A DNA stretch of 32,000 nt from NCBI RefSeq assembly GCF_900199515.1, contig NZ_LT963434.1, positions 1,592,180 through 1,624,179 on the forward strand, read 5' to 3'. A program made the translations under genes and the position numbers. This document shows positions 1 through 8,606 of this stretch, piece after piece. How positions within the stretch are numbered: position 1 is the stretch's first letter; every line of letters begins with the position of its first letter. A model generated the notes under the pieces. That model saw only the letters and a program-made list of their open reading frames with translations. It was not told where the DNA came from and searched no databases. This stretch comes from Massilicoli timonensis (lineage in GTDB: Bacteria > Bacillota_I > Bacilli_A > Erysipelotrichales > Erysipelotrichaceae).

Positions 1-1012
1 AAATGCCTTCTGTATAAATAGAGATGAATGGTAGGATAAGGATGTAAGCTGTACATAATGTTACAAAGATTGAAATAAATACAATATATTCATATTGAGC
101 AAAAATAAACCAGACATTTTCTTTCTTCTCTTCTGTTAGTAATTGTCCTATTCCCAGTCTAGGCGCATCAATAATTCCTCTTAATATACTTTTTATCATA
201 TTAAAAATATTATTATAAACTGCGTAAACACTGGCTAACACAGTCCCACCAGTTGTTGACATTGATATGAACACAATCGGCAAGGAGTTGTAAATCACTC
301 CAGTAATTTTTTGTGCCATAACATCTTTTGTGCCACTGATGTTTATATTTTCATATGAAACATTTAGATTAATAAACTTATTTTTCTTCTTAACATAGTT
401 GCCTATAAGAATGCTGTTTATTAATGCAAATAACATCGTAATTGCTCTTACCAGCCATATAGGGCCATTACATATAATAAGCAAAATGTTCCCTAAATGC
501 CCTAATCCAATTGTGCTCATAGTGATGATATTGATAACATATTCTTTTTGCTGTGTTTGCAATAGTACACGATATGTCGTTGCATAATATAAATTAAATG
601 CTGCGGGCACAATAGTCATGATAATAACACTAAATATAAGTTCGTTACTTAGCCTGCTATTAATCATAAAAGTATATATAATTGAAATGACAATTCCACA
701 TATCAGAAATAGCCATCCGATACTCTCGAACTTCTTTTTCGTCAAAGCCAGTATTGAATTTACTATAGTGTAATCTTTTTTTGTTAATGGATAAAATAGA
801 GTTACATTTGATGCTAATGTAAATCCCCCTTCCACAATCAGTAGAACATTAACAATTTGATTTGCAGTAGAATTTAATCCATTAAAATCTGAACCATATG
901 TGTTGATTATCATTTTTGTAACAACGATTCCTAAGACTCCATTTACTAGCGTTAATAACACTGCAGAGAGTGCGTTAAAAATACTATATTTATTTCTGTT
1001 TGACTTTTGCAT
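1..1012 (-). CDS. wzx: Wzx-type oligosaccharide flippase (MOP/PST family), 3' end beyond window
   Basis: This gene is absent from the ORF track because it runs off the window. My hand translation of the minus strand from the ATG at 1012..1010 gives MQKSNRNKYSIFNALSAVLLTLVNGVLGIVVTKMIINTYGSDFNGLNSTANQIVNVLLIVEGGF... and stays open to position 1. It is polytopic and hydrophobic with an N-terminus typical of polysaccharide flippases. It overlaps the stop of the upstream gene by 23 nt and is the last gene of the operon within the window. Confidence 0.7.
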   Translation of the reverse strand, partial: MQKSNRNKYSIFNALSAVLLTLVNGVLGIVVTKMIINTYGSDFNGLNSTANQIVNVLLIVEGGFTLASNVTLFYPLTKKDYTIVNSILALTKKKFESIGWLFLICGIVISIIYTFMINSRLSNELIFSVIIMTIVPAAFNLYYATTYRVLLQTQQKEYVINIITMSTIGLGHLGNILLIICNGPIWLVRAITMLFALINSILIGNYVKKKNKFINLNVSYENINISGTKDVMAQKITGVIYNSLPIVFISMSTTGGTVLASVYAVYNNIFNMIKSILRGIIDAPRLGIGQLLTEEKKENVWFIFAQYEYIVFISIFVTLCTAYILILPFISIYTEGI

Positions 1013-2357
1013 AAATTGACTTACTCCATTTATATATTTTAGTATTCGCTTTTGTTGCTCTCCACAAAATAAGTGTTACAAAAAAAGCAAACATTGTATA
1101 TGGTGTCTGAAATAACTGATTATTACAAGGTATAAAAAACACTGCTAGTGAAAGGAGACAAACCAATGTAATCGCAAACGGATTATCGGTTTCAAGAACA
1201 TCTTTATATGCCATGGCGAATAAATAAGCGAATGCAAATATTATAATTCCGACCCCTAAGAAGCTGACATCATTTGCAATCCAACTATAGGCACTGTGCC
1301 ATCGTATATCAGGATCCCATCCAAACTCTTGCAACCTCGATTGATATGAGTTTAGTAAAAAATCATCAGTAATATATTTTGAAAAAAACTTTTGCAAATA
1401 CATGCTACTTCCAATCCCAAAAGTAGGAATCCATTTAATCCTCAAGCATAGCGACATTCCATAGTATCCTTGAGTTAAATAAGCAGCGCCTGCTACCAAA
1501 AGCATGTACAAGCTTTCTGGTACAATTTTGAAAAATATACTATCCTTATTTAAGGATATTCCGCCAATATTATAACTACTATCATTAAAGTACAATATTC
1601 CACCTCGGCTTTTCATTGTCATATCAAAAATGAAAGCAACTAGAATAAAACTTATTCCAACTATAACTAATATAATTTTCATTAACCTCTTTTTTTTAGA
1701 TCGATCCCAAATGAGCGATTTTTTATATAATTTCATAATGAAAATAATAATACTTGGAAAAATAATTCTAAATAACCCAATATTTGTTCCTGTGGACAAA
1801 TATGCTAATATACTAATTAAGATTGTAGATATAGTAATTACCTTGTATCTTTTTGTCAACTTCTTAAAATAGATAATGCTTAATAGAAGAACCAAAAAGG
1901 CGACGCATTCCCAAATCAAATTAAAAACTGTAAATAGATTTCCACCTAATAGATCCGCGCCTGAAACTTCTCCTATTGACTCCTGAAAAGTATTATAACT
2001 TTCCCCCATATGAAATAATCCATAAACCACTTTGTTTATTAAGCCTATGAAATTAAAATTCGAAAATCCAAATCTTCTAAATATATTAACGAGTTCATAA
2101 ATAAAGTTTATTATTAATAATGGTCTCAAATATTTAATAATCAATAAATCCCATTTACTTGACCATATATTATTTTGTTTTTTTTGAACTCCTTTTTTCC
2201 ATCCAAATATAATCATACTTAAATAAAGTAGTTGTAATCCCCAAAAATATATGGGATTATATGTAATCCAGTTGAATGGGCCTGCTATATAAATGACTAA
2301 CGTAAATATAAGATAGAAGATTATTATATACAAAGGCAGATTTAGATTTTTTCTCAT
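990..2357 (-). CDS. Wzy-like repeat-unit polymerase (polytopic membrane protein)
   Basis: The ORF track gives 990..2375 from a TTG. I prefer the ATG at 2357 (MRKNLNLPLY...), which has AAGGA 9 nt upstream and abuts the upstream GT stop. The protein has many hydrophobic segments plus one large hydrophilic loop (..KSRGGILYFNDSSYNIGGISLNKD..). It sits between a GT and the flippase. The polymerase call rests on architecture and context, not on a recognised motif. Confidence 0.55.
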   Translation of the reverse strand: MRKNLNLPLYIIIFYLIFTLVIYIAGPFNWITYNPIYFWGLQLLYLSMIIFGWKKGVQKKQNNIWSSKWDLLIIKYLRPLLIINFIYELVNIFRRFGFSNFNFIGLINKVVYGLFHMGESYNTFQESIGEVSGADLLGGNLFTVFNLIWECVAFLVLLLSIIYFKKLTKRYKVITISTILISILAYLSTGTNIGLFRIIFPSIIIFIMKLYKKSLIWDRSKKKRLMKIILVIVGISFILVAFIFDMTMKSRGGILYFNDSSYNIGGISLNKDSIFFKIVPESLYMLLVAGAAYLTQGYYGMSLCLRIKWIPTFGIGSSMYLQKFFSKYITDDFLLNSYQSRLQEFGWDPDIRWHSAYSWIANDVSFLGVGIIIFAFAYLFAMAYKDVLETDNPFAITLVCLLSLAVFFIPCNNQLFQTPYTMFAFFVTLILWRATKANTKIYKWSKSIYAKVKQK

Positions 2358-2358
2358 A

Positions 2359-3579
2359 TTAGATATTCCTTTCAATCATATCAATGATTTTTTGGGTCAT
2401 AACTTTTGCATTTTTCTCTCTATATATAAAGTCTTTTCCTTTTTGCCCTATTTTCTCCCTAACTTCCTTTTCTAAATTACATATCTCAATTATTTTATTT
2501 GCTAAAGCTTCATTTGATTCATCTTCTGGATACTGAATGTAATCATCATATTCAATTGGGATTCCCGCTAACCTATGTGCTATATATGGTTTCCCCGCAG
2601 CTAGACAATCTACGGTCTTACTAGGAAATGTGTATTTTACAAATTCATAATCCCCACTGATTCGTGGGTTAATCAATACAGTTGCTTTTTGCTGATATTC
2701 ATATACCTTTTCAGGGGGGATTTGGCCTATATACTCTATTCTACTATCTAATAGGCTTGCTTGTTCTACATAATTTTTATCTTTTCCATGTCCTGCTATT
2801 ATTAATTTATAATGATTATCTTGAATTAACTTAAATGATTCAATTAAATGTTTGATTCCATATTCTAGGCGAATTCCTCCAGCATAGAAAATTGTTTTAC
2901 ATGAACTTTCTTCTTCAATAACTGGTAGTCTTTTATCTGGCACTTTATACAAGCATTCAACAATCGTATTTGGTTTCTTTTCTACACCAATTGCTGGCGC
3001 CATAGCTTCTGTGGCGAAAGCGTAATAGTCAAAAAAACGGATCATTTGATTCATTCTTTTTTCAAAAAAATAGTGGATTTTCTGCTTTAAGTCTCTTTCT
3101 CTGATAAAATCACTAGCATCACTTCCATAGATATCACCAGTAATAAAGCACACTTTTACTTTATCTTTATATTTTTTTTTGATTTTATAAACGGCCTTAA
3201 TACTTGGATAAAACGGGAAATAAATACATACAATAGAATGATCTTTATTTTTTTTAATCCAAGTGCTTAACCCTCTATATAAATTTCTTGCTTGTGTAAT
3301 GTATTTAATTCCAAAAATATTGATATACCCAATATGATAATCATTTGACATTTTGTTGTGTTCCCATTTTTCGGTTTTGAAATAGACCTTTGGTATTTTT
3401 GGATAATTCAAAGTATTTATAATATTGAATGCTGTTACATCTATCCCATTCTCATCAAATCCTCTTAATAAAGAATCACAGACTTTGCTTAAAGCTATAC
3501 CACTTTGCTCCCCTTTAGTCAATGCAGTTAGATTTTTGTCTTCTGGAAGAATTAAACTACAAAATGCTATTTTCATCAT
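2359..3579 (-). CDS. GT-B fold glycosyltransferase (family 4/1-like)
   Basis: 406 aa. The C-terminal half (..IFYAGGIRLEYGIKHLIESF..YKLIIAGHG..EYIGQIPPEKVYEYQQKATVLINPR..FPSKTVDCLAAGKPYIA..) matches the GT1/GT4 donor-binding domain pattern. AAGGAG lies 5 nt upstream of the ATG. The gene overlaps the SDR gene by 23 nt. Confidence 0.75.
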   Translation of the reverse strand: MMKIAFCSLILPEDKNLTALTKGEQSGIALSKVCDSLLRGFDENGIDVTAFNIINTLNYPKIPKVYFKTEKWEHNKMSNDYHIGYINIFGIKYITQARNLYRGLSTWIKKNKDHSIVCIYFPFYPSIKAVYKIKKKYKDKVKVCFITGDIYGSDASDFIRERDLKQKIHYFFEKRMNQMIRFFDYYAFATEAMAPAIGVEKKPNTIVECLYKVPDKRLPVIEEESSCKTIFYAGGIRLEYGIKHLIESFKLIQDNHYKLIIAGHGKDKNYVEQASLLDSRIEYIGQIPPEKVYEYQQKATVLINPRISGDYEFVKYTFPSKTVDCLAAGKPYIAHRLAGIPIEYDDYIQYPEDESNEALANKIIEICNLEKEVREKIGQKGKDFIYREKNAKVMTQKIIDMIERNI

Positions 3580-4591
3580 TCCACTCCTTTATCATTTCGA
3601 AATACATATCTTTTAGGTTCTTTGCTGGTTTCCATCCTAATGCTTCTATTTTAGATGTATCTAGGTAGAGTTTATGCTTCGGGGAAAATTTGGAAGTATC
3701 ACTATCTTTTTTCATTTCTATCTCAATATCACCATTAGCTATTTCGCCAGCAACAAATTCTGCCATTTCTTTGATAGAGCAAAAAGTTTCTTTATTCCCA
3801 ACGTTATAAGCACTTCCATTTTGACCATTTAAGAGTACAAGTATTATTGCGCTTATGCAATCTTCAACATCTAAATACATTCTTTCACTTAGGCCATCAG
3901 TTGATAACTGAATATTCTTGTTTTCAGTAACTGCCCGAGCAAATTGAGCAAAAACTCTCGTGTCATTCTTCTTAACGCCTTTCCCAAATGTTTGAGCAAG
4001 GCGCAGGATCTTCACAGGAATGCTATATTCATTTTTGTAAGCAATACATAGATTTTCACACATACGCTTACTTTCTGGATAACTGCTTCTCAGCGATAAC
4101 GGGTTCAAATATTGCACATCTTCTTCAGTTAATAAATGATCTTCAGTAGTGAAGCCATAGACTTCCATACTCGATAAATATACAACTGATATTGTCTTTT
4201 TATTATTTGCCAACTCCAAAATATTCTTCGTACCGATAATATTCGTATATATAACTTCCACTGGCTTTTCAATCATCATCTTACTATCAGTAATGCTTGC
4301 TGCATGGATAATATAATCAATTCCAGAGTCATATTTAATCGGTTCCTTTATATCACCAATGATACATTCAATTTGATTATTATTTAATAATTCTTTCAGA
4401 AACTTATCTAATCTATTAATATCCCTGACTAACAGAATTAATGAAATGTCTAAATGATATTTCATTGAAATCTTATATAGAGTAATTGCAAGTGTTTTTC
4501 CAATCAATCCCGTTGCGCCTGTAATCAATATTTTCTTTTTTTTCAAGTCCTTTAATCTAATGAGTTTTTTATTTATTAGAATATCTATCAT
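3557..4591 (-). CDS. Extended short-chain dehydrogenase/reductase (NAD-dependent epimerase/dehydratase family)
   Basis: 344 aa with a Rossmann motif (ILITGATGLIGKTL) and a YxxxK catalytic motif (SYPESK). GAGGAG lies 5 nt upstream of the ATG. It is immediately downstream of the IspD/TarI-like gene. Confidence 0.8.
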   Translation of the reverse strand: MIDILINKKLIRLKDLKKKKILITGATGLIGKTLAITLYKISMKYHLDISLILLVRDINRLDKFLKELLNNNQIECIIGDIKEPIKYDSGIDYIIHAASITDSKMMIEKPVEVIYTNIIGTKNILELANNKKTISVVYLSSMEVYGFTTEDHLLTEEDVQYLNPLSLRSSYPESKRMCENLCIAYKNEYSIPVKILRLAQTFGKGVKKNDTRVFAQFARAVTENKNIQLSTDGLSERMYLDVEDCISAIILVLLNGQNGSAYNVGNKETFCSIKEMAEFVAGEIANGDIEIEMKKDSDTSKFSPKHKLYLDTSKIEALGWKPAKNLKDMYFEMIKEWNDENSIL

Positions 4592-4593
4592 AT

Positions 4594-5322
4594 TTACTCC
4601 TCATATCCATATATTTGTGCATTTTCTTTTGCATCAAGTAAGGCTCTCATCGTATAGAAATCCTCAGGTGTAGTGATCTTTATATTTTGGGTAGGGCCAT
4701 CAACTAAATGTAGTTTATAACCATAATATTGCATTAATGTACAGGAATCAATAAAGTCTTCTTTCCCATCTTCTAATGCTTTTTTATGTGCTTCTAGTAT
4801 GTCATGAAGCCAAAAACTTTGTGGTGCTTTTGCCAGCCTTGATTTGTTTCTGTCTGTTACATAATTAACTGATCCATTTTCATTAACTACCATAACAGTT
4901 TCCTTAACTTGTCCTGTTGTAATTGCAGAATTATAAAGTTTAACACATTCAATGTTTTTAGTAATCAAGCAGTCATTAATAAAAGGCCTTACTCCATCAT
5001 TTATTAGGACAATACATTTATCGCCTCTAGCAATTTTTTCAGCTTCGCATAAACCATTATAAATAGATAGTTGTCCAGTGCTTCCACCTTTAATAACTTT
5101 TGTTACTTTATCTATATTATACTTGTTGACTAATTCGCAAGTATATTCTATCCAGTCTTCAACGCATGAGATAACAATTGCATCAATCTCTTTATGATTA
5201 TTAAATTTCTCCAATGTATGTATGATAATTGGCTTCCCATGTAATTCTAAAAACTGCTTCGGCTTTGATTTACAGTGCATTCGAGACCCTACTCCGCCTG
5301 CAAATATAATCGCAATATTCAT
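4594..5322 (-). CDS. IspD/TarI-family cytidylyltransferase (CDP-alditol/CDP-sugar synthesis)
   Basis: The ORF track gives 4594..5331 from a GTG. I prefer the ATG at 5322 (MNIAIIFAGGVGSRM...), which has AGGAAGTGA 5 nt upstream. Supporting motifs are IIFAGGVGSRM..KPKQFL, ..AKAPQSF.. and ..NIKITTPEDF.., all typical of IspD/TarI. Confidence 0.8.
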   Translation of the reverse strand: MNIAIIFAGGVGSRMHCKSKPKQFLELHGKPIIIHTLEKFNNHKEIDAIVISCVEDWIEYTCELVNKYNIDKVTKVIKGGSTGQLSIYNGLCEAEKIARGDKCIVLINDGVRPFINDCLITKNIECVKLYNSAITTGQVKETVMVVNENGSVNYVTDRNKSRLAKAPQSFWLHDILEAHKKALEDGKEDFIDSCTLMQYYGYKLHLVDGPTQNIKITTPEDFYTMRALLDAKENAQIYGYEE

Positions 5323-5327
5323 GAACT

Positions 5328-6353
5328 TCACTTCCTATCTGTTGATTTCAAAACAATCCCTTTTATAAATTTATTTGATATATAAGATAAACATAACGAC
5401 GACATTATCACAAATAATATTGTGTAATAATCACAACTAAATGAAATTTCGATTAGAATATTAATTATGATCATATGATAGAGATATATTCCATAGGAAA
5501 AATCCTTTTTTATATTTAATTTTGGGTACTTATAAGCAAATCCAATAAATGCAAAGGCTAAAATAATTGATTTTATTGTCTCATATACACCATAACCCAC
5601 CTCGAAATTCAAGAAGCTAATTAGTAATAATACTAGAATAATAAAGTTATTATACTTGATAAGCTTTGGAATAATCTGATTAAAATATTCACGTATTAAT
5701 GCTCCTAATATAAATAGCCAATAATACGGAATAAATGTTTGGCAAATGAGTTTATAAATTATGTTTGGAATTCGATGTTCCAACAATGGGACTCCTAAGT
5801 TGAATAAAACCCCTATCAAAAAAATGAAGAATAGTCTTTTCTTATTTTTTCGATAAATTGAAAAAATCAAATATAAGATGATATAACATTGAACCATTAC
5901 TCCAATTGTCCATAATGATCCATTTGGTGTGCCGACTCCATACGCTCTTAAGAAATTGGGTGTCCAAAACTGAAAAATAGTAGTTTGCGTGAACTGAAAT
6001 AATGTGAATGGAAGTAGCTTTAGTTGATCCCACATAAAAATAGTTATAACTATGCTATTCAGGATAACACAAAGTATCAGTTCTGGGTATAAACGTAATA
6101 CTCTATTTCTAAAATATTCTTTGAAGCTTTGCTTTTTCTTCGTCAATGAATTCCATAATAGGAAGCCACTTAGAATAAAAAAAACAGGCACTCCCCTAAA
6201 TGATAGCCATATTGCATGAAGTCCCCCCCCCATATCCAAATTAAAGTGAATTACCGCATGCCCAAATAATACTTGGATTGCAGCAATTAGTCTAATTAAA
6301 TTAAAGCAGTTTTTATTTACATCTATCATTTTACTATTAAAAACATGATTCAT
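5328..6353 (-). CDS. Membrane O-acyltransferase (acyltransferase family 3)
   Basis: The ORF track gives 5328..6401. I prefer the ATG at 6353 (MNHVFNSK...), which has GGAGA 8 nt upstream. The protein has about 10 hydrophobic segments and the N-terminal motif NLIRLIAAIQVLFGHA typical of Acyl_transf_3. It contains the G9 tract listed separately. Confidence 0.75.
   Translation of the reverse strand: MNHVFNSKMIDVNKNCFNLIRLIAAIQVLFGHAVIHFNLDMGGGLHAIWLSFRGVPVFFILSGFLLWNSLTKKKQSFKEYFRNRVLRLYPELILCVILNSIVITIFMWDQLKLLPFTLFQFTQTTIFQFWTPNFLRAYGVGTPNGSLWTIGVMVQCYIILYLIFSIYRKNKKRLFFIFLIGVLFNLGVPLLEHRIPNIIYKLICQTFIPYYWLFILGALIREYFNQIIPKLIKYNNFIILVLLLISFLNFEVGYGVYETIKSIILAFAFIGFAYKYPKLNIKKDFSYGIYLYHMIIINILIEISFSCDYYTILFVIMSSLCLSYISNKFIKGIVLKSTDRK
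6223..6231 (-). repeat. G9 homopolymer (C9 on plus strand) inside the acyltransferase CDS
   Basis: The plus strand reads gtCCCCCCCCCat. On the coding strand this is ATG GGG GGG GGA, encoding M-G-G-G. I verified the frame against the ORF translation (..FNLDMGGGLHAIW..). It is the only G/C run of 8 or more that I found in the window. Confidence 0.95.
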
Positions 6354-7500
6354 GAATATAGTCTCCAACCAATTGTGTTGCCTTACCACTCTCACAGCCA
6401 CCTAATTCTGCATAGTGCTTTTTTACATTTTTTTCATACTGGATTGCATCAAATTCCAGTATGGACTTTTCTAGTTCATCATTATTAGTTGATTTAGGGA
6501 AAGGCCATTCGTTAATTGGCGTTTCAACATCTGTAGTTTGAATGTAATGTTCTAAGTCTTTAGCGTAAAGAAAACTAGGTTTTCCAGTTAGCATGAAGTC
6601 CCACATTGAAGAAGAAAAGTCATTGATCATCACATCTGCTACTAATAGTAATTCCTGCATTTCTTCATAATCAGATAAATCCATGATATTACCTTTTGGT
6701 AACTCATTCCGATTTGCAACACAGGGGTGTAACCGAAATCCAAACACCCATTCTCCACCAAATCTTGTTTTAAGAGCAGAACATACTCTTGCACAATCTA
6801 TCCCATATGAGATAGCGATAGAATCCTTAAAATAGTTGTCGTTGTATTTCCGGTAAGTAGGTGCATATAAAACTAGTCTTTCTCCAGCTTTCAATTTTAA
6901 TTTATTTCTGATGCTTTGGTAAAGTTTAATATTTTTATTCAACAAAATATCATTTCGAGGCATACCAATTTCCCAAAATTTACATTTAGGAACAAGCAAT
7001 GAATCCGAAACAACATCTGTAAATTTCTTGCAAGTTGACAAAAATACTGTTGTTTGATTAGCAGACAACAATAAATCCTTACGAAAGATAGTAGTATCAC
7101 CATATACATATCTTCCAATTTTTTTATATGCTCCTCCACCGTGATGCGTATTGATGACAATTTGCTTTTTTTTCAATGGAATATAAGAGAATCCTCCACT
7201 GTTAGTCAAATATACTTTTGAAGTTAGCGTATAAAAAAAGTACTTCAACGAATTAAATTTTATAAACCTAATATTATTTTGATTACTATATTGCTTAGGA
7301 TTGCGTACGGAAAAAAAGATTTCAAACTGGTCCGGATATTTTTTTTGCAAATATTCTGTAACAAATTTAGGATTACAAGAATAATTATATGCTAAATCAT
7401 TATGCATTAAAATCCTGTTATGCTTGATAGGAAATATTCTTAAAGGGTAAAGCAGTAACCTCATGAAAATTTTTTTATAATAGTGTAAGTATCCATCCAT
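6337..7500 (-). CDS. TagB/TagF-family CDP-glycerol/ribitol alditol-phosphate transferase
   Basis: 387 aa. It carries the hallmark LYAPTYR motif (family YAPTxR), FRLHPC, and the C-terminal ..VMINDFSSSMWDFMLTGKPSFLY.. pattern of the Glyphos_transf family. A strong RBS (AAGGAGGAG) precedes the ATG at 7500. Confidence 0.8.
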   Translation of the reverse strand: MDGYLHYYKKIFMRLLLYPLRIFPIKHNRILMHNDLAYNYSCNPKFVTEYLQKKYPDQFEIFFSVRNPKQYSNQNNIRFIKFNSLKYFFYTLTSKVYLTNSGGFSYIPLKKKQIVINTHHGGGAYKKIGRYVYGDTTIFRKDLLLSANQTTVFLSTCKKFTDVVSDSLLVPKCKFWEIGMPRNDILLNKNIKLYQSIRNKLKLKAGERLVLYAPTYRKYNDNYFKDSIAISYGIDCARVCSALKTRFGGEWVFGFRLHPCVANRNELPKGNIMDLSDYEEMQELLLVADVMINDFSSSMWDFMLTGKPSFLYAKDLEHYIQTTDVETPINEWPFPKSTNNDELEKSILEFDAIQYEKNVKKHYAELGGCESGKATQLVGDYIHESCF

Positions 7501-7545
7501 TTATTCTCCTCCTTTCGATAGTTAGTTAGTTATTTTAATAGCTAA

Positions 7546-8586
7546 CTATTTCTTTATTTTTTTCAATTCTTCTCTCACCAGTTCCACTTCCAATAGTTTC
7601 GCTTTCACTTCCTCTACATTCATCAAGGTCGTATTATTGCTGTTGAACTGTGTCAATGTTGATTCCTGTATCCCTTCTGAAAAGTATTTATCATAGTTCA
7701 GATCTCGTTGATCTGCCGGTACCCGATAGAAATTCCCCAGATCGATCGCATTGGCACATTCCTCATCTGTCAACAATGTTTCATACATCTTCTCTCCATG
7801 TCTGATACCGATCACTTTGATCTTGTTGTCTGCATGAAACAATTCTTTTACTGCCTGTGCCAATACTTCGATCGTACATGCCGGCGCTTTCTGCACAAAG
7901 ATATCTCCGCTGTTCCCATGTTCGAACGCAAATAATACCAGATCGACCGCTTCCTCCAGCGTCATCACAAACCTGGTCATGGTCGGCTCTGTTAGCGTTA
8001 GATCGTTTCCCGCTTTGATCTGATTGATAAAAAGCGGTACGACACTGCCTCTTGACGCCAGGACGTTCCCATATCGCGTACACATGATAGATGTTTTGTT
8101 TGGATCTACCGTTCTTGATTTCGCAACGATCACTTTCTCCATCATTGCCTTGCTTGTCCCCATCGCATTGACCGGATAAGCCGCTTTATCCGTACTCAGG
8201 CATACGACTCTTTTGACTCCGCATTCAATCGCGGCAGTCAATACATTTTCTGTTCCCAGTACATTGGTCTTTACTGCTTCGATCGGGAAGAATTCACAGG
8301 ACGGCACCTGTTTCAATGCAGCCGCATGATACACATAATCTACGCCGTGCATTGCATTTTTGACGCTGCTGAGATTTCGTACATCACCGATATAAAACTT
8401 GACCTTATTGGATTGTTCCGGATATTTGGCCTGAAACTCATGGCGCATGTTATCCTGTTTTAGTTCATCTCTGCTGAATACACGGATTTCTTTGATATCT
8501 GTATTCAGAAAACGATGCAGCACCGCATTCCCAAATGATCCAGTTCCTCCTGTGATCAATAATGTTTTATCTTTGAATTTGCTCAT
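7546..8586 (-). CDS. fnlA: UDP-GlcNAc 4,6-dehydratase/5-epimerase, FnlA/CapE/WbjB type
   Basis: 346 aa. It is collinear along its whole length with my memory of S. aureus CapE: KTLLITGGTGSFGNAV..IKEIRVFSRDELKQ..FYIGDVR..HAAALKQVPSCEFFPIEAVKTNVLGTENVL..LSTDKAAYPVNAMGTSKAMMEKV..RYGNVLASRGSV..TRF. GGAGG lies 7 nt upstream of the ATG. GC content and GATC density match the core-like part of the window. Confidence 0.85.
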   Translation of the reverse strand: MSKFKDKTLLITGGTGSFGNAVLHRFLNTDIKEIRVFSRDELKQDNMRHEFQAKYPEQSNKVKFYIGDVRNLSSVKNAMHGVDYVYHAAALKQVPSCEFFPIEAVKTNVLGTENVLTAAIECGVKRVVCLSTDKAAYPVNAMGTSKAMMEKVIVAKSRTVDPNKTSIMCTRYGNVLASRGSVVPLFINQIKAGNDLTLTEPTMTRFVMTLEEAVDLVLFAFEHGNSGDIFVQKAPACTIEVLAQAVKELFHADNKIKVIGIRHGEKMYETLLTDEECANAIDLGNFYRVPADQRDLNYDKYFSEGIQESTLTQFNSNNTTLMNVEEVKAKLLEVELVREELKKIKK

Positions 8587-8606
8587 CTCAATTCCTCCAA
8601 TTATGT

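Noticed and set aside
399-587. 62-aa plus-strand ORF in the first kilobase
   Set aside because: It is antisense to the flippase reading frame, which stays open from 1012 to the window edge. It is Cys/Ile-rich with no RBS.
3172-3180. A9 tract (T9 on plus strand) in the GT gene, and A8 tracts in the SDR, TagF-like, Wzy-like and WbuB-like genes, considered as further phase-variation sites
   Set aside because: Runs of Lys AAA codons are expected by chance in ~30% GC, Lys-rich genes, so they carry little information, unlike the G9 tract. Slippage at A9 cannot be excluded but is not specifically supported.
7781-8083. 100-aa same-strand alternate-frame ORF and a 75-aa plus-strand ORF inside the fnlA-like gene
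   Set aside because: They are embedded in a gene that is collinear with CapE over its full length. They are by-products of the higher GC content.
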